From: an uncultured bacterium
GTDB lineage: Bacteria > CAIJMQ01
Assembly (NCBI GenBank): GCA_964573245.1
Contig: CAZNJA010000020.1
Location: forward strand, 10,608-23,712
Direction of reading: 5' to 3'
DNA: 13,105 nt
This document shows positions 1 to 7,724 of this stretch, piece by piece; position 1 is the stretch's first letter, and the number at the start of each line of letters is the position of its first letter. A program made the translations under genes and the position numbers. Under the pieces are notes generated by a model. The model saw only the letters and a list, made by a program, of their open reading frames with translations, was not told where the DNA came from and made no database searches.

Positions 1-1769
1 AGTTCCAGCCAAAGGCCTTCTTCTTTTTTGATAACTGCTTCCAGATATGTATAGCGCTGACTACGGTCAAGAGTCCAACTGGAGGAATCGTTAATGAATA
101 TGTCGCGGATTTCTTCCCATTCTTTTTTATGGGCTTCACAGCGCGTCTGTATTTCTTTTATTTTGGAATTAAGTTTCCCTCTTTCAAGCCGGAGTTGTTT
201 TAAGATTTTGCGGTCGGGCGCTTTATGGGATACGGCTTTGTGTTTTGGTTCGCGTTTTATATTTTCCTCTTTGCTTAATTCTTCGCGGAATTTTTGTTCT
301 ATTCTATATACATAATCTTCATAGTTACCCGGATAACCGAGGATTGTGCCGTCTTTTACTTCTACGATTTCGGTTGCAAGCATATTGACGAATGTGCGGT
401 CGTGGCTTATAAAAAAGATTGTGCCGAAGAATGTTCTTAAAGCTCTGCCGAGTGATTCCGCGGTTTCAAAATCCAGATGGTTTGTCGGTTCATCAAGAAG
501 AAGCACATCACTTTTGGATAGTAGCAGTCCTGCAAGGCATAATCTTGCTTTTTCGCCGCCGCTTAGAACGGAGACTTTTTTCTTCACATCACCGCCTTTA
601 AAGAGGAAGTTTCCGGCAAGGTTTAAAATGTCCTGATGGCTTACGGAACCTTTCGCTTTATTGGAAAGATGGGTATATACGTCATCTTTGGGATGAAGCG
701 ATGAGAGGATATGCTGGGCGTAATAACCTATTTTTAAGTTACTGCCCCATTTGTAGGCGCCGCCTTTTGTCTCCAAATCACCGGCAATCGTGCGCATGAA
801 TGTTGTTTTGCCCTGTCCGTTATCGCCTAATACCGCGATATGCGCGCCACGGTTAAACTGAAGATTGATTGAAGTTGCAACCTGATGGTGGGGATAACCG
901 ATTGCAAGGTCGGCGCAGTCAAAAGCCATGAGATTGCTTATTTCCACGTTGGGAATTTTGATGCGCACGTTGTCTAATTGATGGGCGACATCTATGGTTT
1001 TTAATCTTGCGATTTTTTTCTTGAATGACCTGGCTTGGCTTGCTTTTGTGTTTTTTGCGCCGAAGCGGTCTATAAATGTCTGCAATTGTTTTTTCTTAGC
1101 GTTAATTTTTTTGTTATGGCATTCTTTAAGGCGGATTTGTTCTTCCTTGAAAACCAGATATTCTTCTACGTTTCTGGGATACAGGGTGCATTTGCCGTTT
1201 TCTATTTCTAAAGTTTCGGTGCAGGTTTTTTTAAGGAATTCCCTGTCGTGTGAGACGATTAGAAAACCGCCGCGGAAATCCTGCAGAAATTCTTCCAGTA
1301 AAATAAGTGTCCTAAGATCAAGATAGTTTGTGGGTTCGTCAAGGATAAGGAGGTTGGGGTCGCGAAGAAGCATAGAGGCAAGTTTCAAGCGCGTCCTGAA
1401 ACCACCGGAAAGGACGGCTATTTGATGGTCCAACATTTCGTTGGTAATCTGGAAGCGCGCGGCTATTTTGGCGCACTGCCAGGGTTCTTTGTGCGTGTAG
1501 CGCACGAGAAAATCCATAACGGTTTCGTCGAGTTTGAAAGGGTCGTGTTGCTGTAGATAAGCCAAGCGGAAGACGGCGCTTTTTTGAATAGTTCCGCTAT
1601 CTTGTTCTTCTTGACCGATGATTATTTTGCATAGGGTTGATTTACCGGAACCGTTGCGGCCTATAACGCCTATTTTCTGGTTTTCCGCAATAGTAAAACT
1701 CACGTCATCAAAGATGGTTTGCAACCCGTATGCTTTATGAATATTGATTAGTTGTAATAATGTTTTCAA
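1..1769 (-). CDS. ABC-F family ATP-binding cassette protein (ribosome-associated, YheS/Uup/YdiF-like); 3' end outside the window
   Basis: Manual translation from TTG at 1769 (GAGG upstream): MKTLLQLINIHKAYG...GRNGSGKST (Walker A1)...LSGGFRTRL...LILDEPTNYLD; second cassette GDNGQGKT...LSGGEKARL...LLLDEPTNHLD; no transmembrane segments seen; C-terminal coil ends ...EGLWLEL at the window edge. Absent from the ORF track because the stop lies outside the window. Confidence 0.93.
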   Translation of the reverse strand, partial: MKTLLQLINIHKAYGLQTIFDDVSFTIAENQKIGVIGRNGSGKSTLCKIIIGQEEQDSGTIQKSAVFRLAYLQQHDPFKLDETVMDFLVRYTHKEPWQCAKIAARFQITNEMLDHQIAVLSGGFRTRLKLASMLLRDPNLLILDEPTNYLDLRTLILLEEFLQDFRGGFLIVSHDREFLKKTCTETLEIENGKCTLYPRNVEEYLVFKEEQIRLKECHNKKINAKKKQLQTFIDRFGAKNTKASQARSFKKKIARLKTIDVAHQLDNVRIKIPNVEISNLMAFDCADLAIGYPHHQVATSINLQFNRGAHIAVLGDNGQGKTTFMRTIAGDLETKGGAYKWGSNLKIGYYAQHILSSLHPKDDVYTHLSNKAKGSVSHQDILNLAGNFLFKGGDVKKKVSVLSGGEKARLCLAGLLLSKSDVLLLDEPTNHLDFETAESLGRALRTFFGTIFFISHDRTFVNMLATEIVEVKDGTILGYPGNYEDYVYRIEQKFREELSKEENIKREPKHKAVSHKAPDRKILKQLRLERGKLNSKIKEIQTRCEAHKKEWEEIRDIFINDSSSWTLDRSQRYTYLEAVIKKEEGLWLE

Positions 1770-1812
1770 AATTTATCCTCACATTGTGAAAATATTATAT
1801 TTTTACATGAAG

Positions 1813-1845
1813 AAGGCTATGGCCGATGTTATTGACCATAGCCTT
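1813..1845 (-). terminator. Stem-loop downstream of the zinc-ribbon gene, probable intrinsic terminator or mRNA-stabilising hairpin
   Basis: Arms AAGGCTATGGCCGAT (1813-1827) and ATTGACCATAGCCTT (1831-1845) match at 13/15. The minus-strand tail CTTCATGT is only weakly U-rich. Confidence 0.55.
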
Positions 1846-1889
1846 TAAGTCTTCTGATTCTTATGCTAAAACCAAAGAAATCTCTTCTT

Positions 1890-2048
1890 TTAACGACCTT
1901 CGCCCCTGCGTTTTGCAAAGCACTCTTTGCAGTATATCGGACGGTCATCTTTGGGTTTGAATGGAACTTCGCATTCTTTTTTGCATTCTGCGCAAATTGC
2001 TTTGTACATCTCACGCGGAGCTCCGCCACCACCTTCTTGACATACCAT
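1890..2048 (-). CDS. CxxC-x17-CxxC zinc-ribbon domain small protein (52 aa)
   Basis: AAGGAGGT Shine-Dalgarno 4 nt before ATG 2048. Translation MVCQEGGGGAPREMYKAICAECKKECEVPFKPKDDRPIYCKECFAKRRGEGR*; C19xxC22-x17-C40xxC43 with the family's REM...VPFKP...RP(V/I)YC signature. Confidence 0.93.
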   Translation of the reverse strand: MVCQEGGGGAPREMYKAICAECKKECEVPFKPKDDRPIYCKECFAKRRGEGR

Positions 2049-2089
2049 TGTTACCTCCTTTTTTGGCTTTATTAAAAACTACAATTTTG

Positions 2090-2118
2090 ATTATAGGACT
2101 TTTACAAAAGAATTTCCA
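2090..2118 (-). promoter_or_regulatory. Putative sigma70 promoter for the zinc-ribbon gene
   Basis: Minus strand TGGAAA-17 bp-TATAAT, with the -10 box about 40 nt upstream of the ATG. Confidence 0.45.
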
Positions 2119-2123
2119 TCAAT

Positions 2124-3209
2124 TTAATCTTCATTAATCACGCGAATCAGTTCAAGGAGCCGCCCATAATCGCGACAGTTGAATTTCATCACCAGACGGG
2201 GAAGGTTTAAATATTCTTGTTTCTGAATCTCTTCTTTTGTAGGTGAAGAAAGTTTGATATCGCCTTCGGTTAAAATATCCTTGAAGTTTTGGTTTATGAG
2301 TTTTAGTGTTTTGTCTGAAAGAGTTTTGTTTAGCCGAAGGACAGTCAGACCCGAAGTATAGCGCAGGGAGTGATACACTCTATAAAAATCTTCTATATAT
2401 TTAACCGCCTCATCTACATTTTCTATAATTTTAAAAAGGCTAAGGTCTTCTTTTTTTATAAAACTGTTTTTGACTAATTGGTCATTCAGAAATGCTTTCC
2501 ACTGCACCCAGTATGTTGAGCCCTGCGGCTGCATTAAAATTACGGGTCTTGGTTTGGATTTGCCTGTCTGGATTAATGTGATTGCTTCGAATCCCTCATC
2601 ATTTGTGCCAAATCCGCCCGGGAAAAGCGTGGTTGCATCGGTTTCTTTTATGAAGATGAGTTTCCTCGTAAAGAAATATTTGAAGTTTATTAGTTTTTGT
2701 TTCTCGTCTATGTAAGGGTTGGGTTTTTGTTCAAAAGGCAGTCGGATATTTAACGCAAATTCCTTTCCGTGTTCTGCTCCTTTGTTGCCGGCTTCCATAA
2801 CGCCCCCACCTCCGCCGGTTACAATCATATAGCCCTTTGCGGTTATTTTACGCGCAAATTCTTCCGCCATTTTATATTCGGGCGAGGTATTAGCCGACCT
2901 TGCAGAACCGAAGATTATGACTTTTTTTACGTCTCTATAAAGAGTGAATATTTTAAAAGAATAACGTAATTCTTTAAGCGCATTGTTCACAAGTTTGAGG
3001 TCGCCTTTGTCGGATGATTCAAGTCCCAATTTTACGGCAGTGGTAAGTATTTCGCGGAGCAGTTCTTCGGTCTCGGCAGAAGAGGATAGTTTTGCAAGTT
3101 TGGATATTAATTCGTCTGTTGCCTTATTACCGATTTCGTATTCTCTGAATATCTTGGCCATATCAGGTAATTTTGTCTTTTGTTCTCTATATACTCTACC
3201 TTTTTCCAT
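2124..3209 (-). CDS. LOG-family (Rossmann fold) nucleotide 5'-monophosphate phosphoribohydrolase-like protein, long form with N- and C-terminal extensions
   Basis: Motifs FGSAR, TGGGGGVMEAGNKGA, LPFEQKPNPY, FKYFFTRK, PGGFGTNDE (PGGxGTxDE variant). ATG 3209 preferred over TTG 3230. Confidence 0.88.
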   Translation of the reverse strand: MEKGRVYREQKTKLPDMAKIFREYEIGNKATDELISKLAKLSSSAETEELLREILTTAVKLGLESSDKGDLKLVNNALKELRYSFKIFTLYRDVKKVIIFGSARSANTSPEYKMAEEFARKITAKGYMIVTGGGGGVMEAGNKGAEHGKEFALNIRLPFEQKPNPYIDEKQKLINFKYFFTRKLIFIKETDATTLFPGGFGTNDEGFEAITLIQTGKSKPRPVILMQPQGSTYWVQWKAFLNDQLVKNSFIKKEDLSLFKIIENVDEAVKYIEDFYRVYHSLRYTSGLTVLRLNKTLSDKTLKLINQNFKDILTEGDIKLSSPTKEEIQKQEYLNLPRLVMKFNCRDYGRLLELIRVINED

Positions 3210-3273
3210 AATAAATTTCCACACTCGCAATTGACAGGCAAGTTATAATAGATTTAGAAAAGTGAGGCAAAAG

Positions 3274-3687
3274 ATGAGAGGAAATCCGATTATAGTATGT
3301 GTTGTAGTTGTTGCGGTTTTATTGGCCGGTTGTGCTACCACATCAACAAGAACAAGAGCCGGCGCAGGCACGGGCGCAATCCTCGGCGGTGTTGCGGGAG
3401 TTCTCATAGATAAGGACAATCCATGGCGCGGCGGAATCGTCGGAGCCGCAGCAGGCGCGCTTATAGGAGGAGCGATCGGCAATATAATGGACCGCGCGGC
3501 TGAAGAGGCTGCAGAAGAAGACAGGACCGTTCAATATACCAGAACATATGATGACGGCACACGGGAAATAGTCAGAGCAACACCTTCCGGATATAGCGAA
3601 GACGGCGATTATAGATTAGTAAGAACACAAGTAATTCGCAATGGTGTGGTGGTGGAAGAGAAAGTTAAAAGAGTTCCTATGGATTAA
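3274..3687 (+). CDS. Glycine-zipper outer-membrane lipoprotein
   Basis: GAGG upstream of ATG 3274; hydrophobic signal ending in lipobox LAG-C; glycine zipper GAGTGAILGGVAG...GGIVGAAAGALIGGAIGN; short beta-rich C-terminus with no OmpA domain visible. Confidence 0.85.
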   Translation: MRGNPIIVCVVVVAVLLAGCATTSTRTRAGAGTGAILGGVAGVLIDKDNPWRGGIVGAAAGALIGGAIGNIMDRAAEEAAEEDRTVQYTRTYDDGTREIVRATPSGYSEDGDYRLVRTQVIRNGVVVEEKVKRVPMD

Positions 3688-3768
3688 TGCATAAGTTCAA
3701 TAAAAAATTGCCAATTTGGGGTGTGTTCTTTCTTAATTCCAAAAACATATTTGCAATTTCCAGACAGA

Positions 3769-4776
3769 TTATTTCAGATACCCTTCCGTAAATTTTATTA
3801 TATTGTTCATCATGCCGACTGTCTCCACAGGATATTTTCCCACTGCCGATTCGGCGGAAAGCATAACGAAATCGGTCCCGTCTATTATGGCATTTGCCAC
3901 GTCCGTTACTTCTGCTCTGGTAGGAATGCGGTTTTCGGTCATACTTTCGAGCATCTGTGTCGCAGTAATGACGAATTTTTTGGCTTTGTTGCACTTTTTT
4001 ATTATCATTTTCTGTATGACAGGAATTTGGTAAACAGGAACTGAAACTCCCATATCTCCGCGCGCTATCATAATCCCGTCAGAGGTTTTGATTATCCCGT
4101 CTATATTTTTTATGCCTTCTCTGTCTTCTATTTTTGCGATGAGTTTGCATTTCGAATTGGGTTTAAGCAGTTTTCTCACATCCAGAATATCGCTTACCTT
4201 ACGCACAAAAGATTGTGCTATATATTCGACGCCGTGTTCTTCGCAAAAGAGAATATCTTGAGTATCTTTTTGGCTGATGCCGCCGAAATCAAGCTTTGCC
4301 TCCGGAATATTTATCCCTTTGTATTTCTTCAAAAGTCCGCCGACAAGAACTTTGACTTTTAGACTATGTTTAGTTCGCCCGATTACTTGCAAGGAGATAT
4401 TTCCGTCGTCTATGAATATATGTTGTCCGTTTTTTATCGTCCGCAGGGAACCTTTATAATCGAAAGGAATAGTTTTATAGCCGCCTTTTATTTTTTCCTG
4501 TGTGAGCCAGAAGATATTGCGTTTTTTCACTTCAAGCGGTTCGGCAAGTTCACCCACTCTTATGCGGTGTCCCTGTAAATCACCAAGAAGTTTTACCCCC
4601 CTGCGGTATTTTTTATTCAGAAGACGGACTATTTCTATTTTGTTAAGCAAAGTCTTGCCGCTTCCGTGCGAAAAATTAAGACGCGCCACGTCCATGCCTG
4701 CAAGCATCATTTTTCTGATAACGGTTTCGTTTGCGGACGCGGGCCCTAGAGTGCAGATTATTTTAGTCTTCACCAT
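3769..4776 (-). CDS. pyk: Pyruvate kinase, short form (A and B domains only, no C-terminal regulatory domain)
   Basis: [58 protein letters not shown]; 335 aa, ending just after the last barrel helix. Confidence 0.93.
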   Translation of the reverse strand: MVKTKIICTLGPASANETVIRKMMLAGMDVARLNFSHGSGKTLLNKIEIVRLLNKKYRRGVKLLGDLQGHRIRVGELAEPLEVKKRNIFWLTQEKIKGGYKTIPFDYKGSLRTIKNGQHIFIDDGNISLQVIGRTKHSLKVKVLVGGLLKKYKGINIPEAKLDFGGISQKDTQDILFCEEHGVEYIAQSFVRKVSDILDVRKLLKPNSKCKLIAKIEDREGIKNIDGIIKTSDGIMIARGDMGVSVPVYQIPVIQKMIIKKCNKAKKFVITATQMLESMTENRIPTRAEVTDVANAIIDGTDFVMLSAESAVGKYPVETVGMMNNIIKFTEGYLK

Positions 4777-5269
4777 AAGAATTCTTAATAAGTCTGGAAC
4801 TTGACTGAACTTTTTCGCCGCCTACTTCAGTAACTATTTTTATGCCTAATTTGTCGCATATTTTCTTTTCGGGAATATTATCCAATGTTCTGTCCCCGCC
4901 TTTGGCGAATATATCGGGTTTAATCAATTTTAAAGTTTCGATTACGGTTCCGTCTTCGTCTATCGAGATAATCGCTTCGTCAACACACCCAATTGCAGAA
5001 ACTATTTCCAAACGTTCCTGCTGGTCCATGAAAGGTTTGCTTCCCTTTATTTTTACTTGTTTATCGTTATTGACGATAACTACAAGACGGTCACCGAGTT
5101 TTTTTGCTTCTTTCAAATAACGAACATGCCCTTTGTGAACAGGGTTGAAATAACCCGATACGCAAACTGTTCCGCCTATCAATCTTTGGCTGGCAGGCCC
5201 GCCTGCCAACGAACTTTTTTGGCGGGCAGGCTTTCGTAAGAAGCGGGCAGGTATTTTTTTACTACACAT
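4763..5269 (-). CDS. Cytidylyltransferase-like HxGH nucleotidyltransferase (TagD/RfaE-C-terminal/FAD synthase-like)
   Basis: [40 protein letters not shown]; overlaps the pyk start by 14 bp. Substrate cannot be assigned. Confidence 0.85.
   Translation of the reverse strand: MCSKKIPARFLRKPARQKSSLAGGPASQRLIGGTVCVSGYFNPVHKGHVRYLKEAKKLGDRLVVIVNNDKQVKIKGSKPFMDQQERLEIVSAIGCVDEAIISIDEDGTVIETLKLIKPDIFAKGGDRTLDNIPEKKICDKLGIKIVTEVGGEKVQSSSRLIKNSYGED
5171..5251 (-). repeat. In-frame tandem array of three CCTGCC(C/A)GC-initiated units, two of them palindromic, inside the nucleotidyltransferase gene
   Basis: Units of 21 nt (5231-5251), 33 nt (5198-5230) and 27 nt (5171-5197), each a multiple of 3. The middle unit is the hairpin CCTGCCCGCCAA-9nt-TTGGCAGGCGGG. 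The array encodes [27 protein letters not shown]. Confidence 0.8.
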
Positions 5270-5285
5270 TGTCCGACATCTCCTT

Positions 5286-7718
5286 TTATTTATTTTTATT
5301 CTGCAAACCTTTTTTATCTATATACTTCTTACTTACAATTATGGCAAGCCGCGCTATAAGGTAAGAGGTTGTGGATTCCGCTCCCTGATTTAAGTTAATA
5401 TGCCCCTCTCCTACTCCGTCGTAGCATCCGCCTGTGGTTCTGTCATAGACCATCTGCTTTAGAACATTGTCACCCAAAAACCAGTTAAAAGCCACATGCA
5501 TAAGTTTTTTGTAAGAATCTTTTCCGGTTACCAAACATGCGGAGGAAAGAGCGCAAACCATTGCCGACACATCTTCGGGCTGCTGGTCGAAATAACGGCG
5601 CTGCCCCGTTCTGTGATGCCAGCCGTCCTGACCTGTGGGTATATACATTCCGTTTACAAAAGTATGACTTATCAGAAAATCCAGCGTCTTTATGCCTATA
5701 TCAAAGTAGTCGCTATTGCGGGTTTGTTCATATCCCAAAATAAGCGCCTCGGGTAAAACGGCATTGGAATAAGTAAGATAATTTTCAAACCACTGCCAAT
5801 CTGCCGAAGACACGCCGCGATAAAGCGATACCAATCTGTCGCAAAGAACAATTAATATCTTTTCCGCCTTAACTCGCCACTCGACTAACAATCTTTTTTT
5901 CGTTTCGTCTTCAGCTCGACGAAGCGGAGGCAATAAAGGAAGCGAAGCCGAAGAGCTTGGACCAGACGCATCCAAATCCCTCCTACCTTCAATTGCTTTA
6001 ATTCTTCTTAAAAGCAGACAAACCCCTTTTATATAAAAAGCGGTTGCCCTGGGAGATTCAAACATTTTATGTCTTTCTATTCTTTTATTTAACAGGGATA
6101 GAGCTTTGTTTTTTATGCCCTCAGGAAGGGAATCAACCGAGGCGACAACCGCCAATGCCCACATAGCCCGACCGTTAGCATCATCAAGGTTTTCTTTTTT
6201 GTTAAGCTCAAAATCTATCGTTCTGTCGGACTTTACATAATTATGAAAAATGCCTCCATTCCCGCTTTGCCCCTCTGAGTTGGGACCTAATAAAAACTCT
6301 ATGAAATCCAAATATATTTTTATACGATTGATCAACCCTGTTTTCTGTTTATCAAGATAGGTTATCTTAATAGATTTTCCGAGTTCGTCGTAATATAAGC
6401 ATGCAACTATCAGAGCGCGGGCATTGTCATCAAGTGTATAACCCGATGAAATATCAGGCAGGGACAGTTTTGCGAACTGTATGATACCGAAATCATCTGT
6501 AAGGCAGAACATATGACTAAGATTAATGCGGGGTATTTTTTTATATTCGCTTACTTCGGCGACATTATTTGAATATTTAGAGAACAATTTTGAATACTCA
6601 AGGGCAACATTATCCCAAGTCATATTGCGAGTTCTAAAATAGGCATTCTTCCCAAGTTGTTCCCTTAGTTGGAGCTCTTTGAGAAGTTTTATGATAGCTT
6701 CGGCATAAGAATCAGGATCTTTAAAATTTACCAATATTCCCGTTTTCTGTGTTACGAGTTCCTTAGCTTGCGCAAAAGGGGTGGAAATTACAGGTCTGCC
6801 CACACCCAGCGCATAGGAAAGCGTGCCTGAAACAGCCTGATTGGGGTCAAGAGATGTTGAAATATAAATATCCGTCGCCTTTAAAAATTGAAGCAGTTTA
6901 TCAAGGTCAGCATATTCATTATAAAAGTTCACGTTGGAGGAAAGTTTGAGAGCGAGGACTTTTTCAATCAAAAAATTACGGTAACTTTCTCCTTCTTCTT
7001 TTAGAACTCCCGGATGAGTAACACCCAAAACGATATACAAAAAATCAGGGTAAGCATTAACAACTTTAGGAAGCGCCTCTATGACATATTCAATCCCTTT
7101 GCCTCTGCTCAAGAAACCGAACGTTAAAAGAGTCGTCCTTTTAAAAAAACTTAAAACATACTTTTGTTTTATACTTGAGATGTAGGGCATAGAATGAATG
7201 CCGTGGGGAATGCACGATATTTTATCCTCGCTTATTCCGTATTCCCGAACAAGTATTTCCTTGGAACGGTTAGTCATTACAATCAAACCACTTGATTTCT
7301 CGGATATCAACTTGACCACGTCATAAAGTTTAGGATTGGGCGAAGGCAAAACACTGTGAAAAGTGATAATAGACGGTCTCTTAAGCGCATCCAAAAATGC
7401 AAGAAGGTAAAAGCCATATTCTCCTCCGAAAATGCCGAATTCATGCTGTATATTCACAAGTTTTACATCATCCATTGCGTTAATTTCTTCGGCGGTTTTA
7501 ATATATTCCTGCCGGGAATTCTGATCTATCTGGAAGATGACTTTTCTCGGGTAGTGATAACGCGATATATCATCTGGGTTGATCGCGGCTATCCTGGACT
7601 CAATAACGGGTTCAAGTAAATTATCCATCGTATCCGTAAGGTCTTGGGTAAAGGTAGCTATGCCGCATTCTCTGGGCGGGAAAGTGGACAAATAAATAAT
7701 TTTAAGTGTTTTTTTCAT
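5286..7718 (-). CDS. Family 4 (GT-B) glycosyltransferase fused to a C-terminal six-hairpin glycosidase-like helical domain
   Basis: N-terminal FPPRECGIATF, IQHEFGIFG, IPHG, TFGFLSRGKG, QAVSGTLSYA..G.P.ISTP; C-terminal DDFGIIQFA, GYTLDDNARAL, WFE..LTYSNA, FDQQP, GGCYDG, NLNQGAEST. Confidence 0.88.
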   Translation of the reverse strand: MKKTLKIIYLSTFPPRECGIATFTQDLTDTMDNLLEPVIESRIAAINPDDISRYHYPRKVIFQIDQNSRQEYIKTAEEINAMDDVKLVNIQHEFGIFGGEYGFYLLAFLDALKRPSIITFHSVLPSPNPKLYDVVKLISEKSSGLIVMTNRSKEILVREYGISEDKISCIPHGIHSMPYISSIKQKYVLSFFKRTTLLTFGFLSRGKGIEYVIEALPKVVNAYPDFLYIVLGVTHPGVLKEEGESYRNFLIEKVLALKLSSNVNFYNEYADLDKLLQFLKATDIYISTSLDPNQAVSGTLSYALGVGRPVISTPFAQAKELVTQKTGILVNFKDPDSYAEAIIKLLKELQLREQLGKNAYFRTRNMTWDNVALEYSKLFSKYSNNVAEVSEYKKIPRINLSHMFCLTDDFGIIQFAKLSLPDISSGYTLDDNARALIVACLYYDELGKSIKITYLDKQKTGLINRIKIYLDFIEFLLGPNSEGQSGNGGIFHNYVKSDRTIDFELNKKENLDDANGRAMWALAVVASVDSLPEGIKNKALSLLNKRIERHKMFESPRATAFYIKGVCLLLRRIKAIEGRRDLDASGPSSSASLPLLPPLRRAEDETKKRLLVEWRVKAEKILIVLCDRLVSLYRGVSSADWQWFENYLTYSNAVLPEALILGYEQTRNSDYFDIGIKTLDFLISHTFVNGMYIPTGQDGWHHRTGQRRYFDQQPEDVSAMVCALSSACLVTGKDSYKKLMHVAFNWFLGDNVLKQMVYDRTTGGCYDGVGEGHINLNQGAESTTSYLIARLAIIVSKKYIDKKGLQNKNK
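5865..5972 (-). repeat. Probable GC-richer in-frame insertion (about 36 aa) with an imperfect hairpin in the GT4 fusion
   Basis: Low-complexity peptide DASGPSSSASLPLLPPLRRAEDETKKRLLVEWRVKA; inner inverted repeat CGTTTCGTC (5901-5909)/GACGAAGCG (5918-5926), 8/9 paired. Boundaries are inferred. Confidence 0.55.
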
Positions 7719-7724
7719 TTTTAA

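Noticed and set aside
94-1326. Plus-strand ORFs 94..315, 346..636, 419..601 and 994..1326
   Set aside because: Antisense to the ABC-F gene with no motifs. The same applies to the small antisense or overlapping ORFs within LOG, the lipoprotein, pyk, the NTase, GT4, lptD and polA.
1829-2075. ORF-track ORFs 1829..2032 (-) and 1863..2075 (+)
   Set aside because: Shadow frames of the real 52-aa gene at 1890-2048, which has the SD and family motif.
3231-3249. Perfect TTGACA and TATAAT upstream of the lipoprotein gene
   Set aside because: Only 7 bp apart, so they cannot form one sigma70 promoter; promoters in this divergent gap could not be assigned.
3677-3994. Minus-strand 105-aa ORF as a frameshifted pyruvate kinase C domain
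   Set aside because: Mostly overlaps pyk, extends only about 30 codons past its stop, and shows no resemblance to a PK C domain.
5171-5251. Repeat units as a CRISPR mini-array
   Set aside because: The shared part is only about 9 bp, unit lengths vary, the array is inside a CDS, and there is no leader or cas gene.
6459-6467. CAGGGACAG match to 9171-9179 as a possible att site
   Set aside because: Only 9 bp, inside an intact CDS, and matching the tRNA 5' side; expected by chance.
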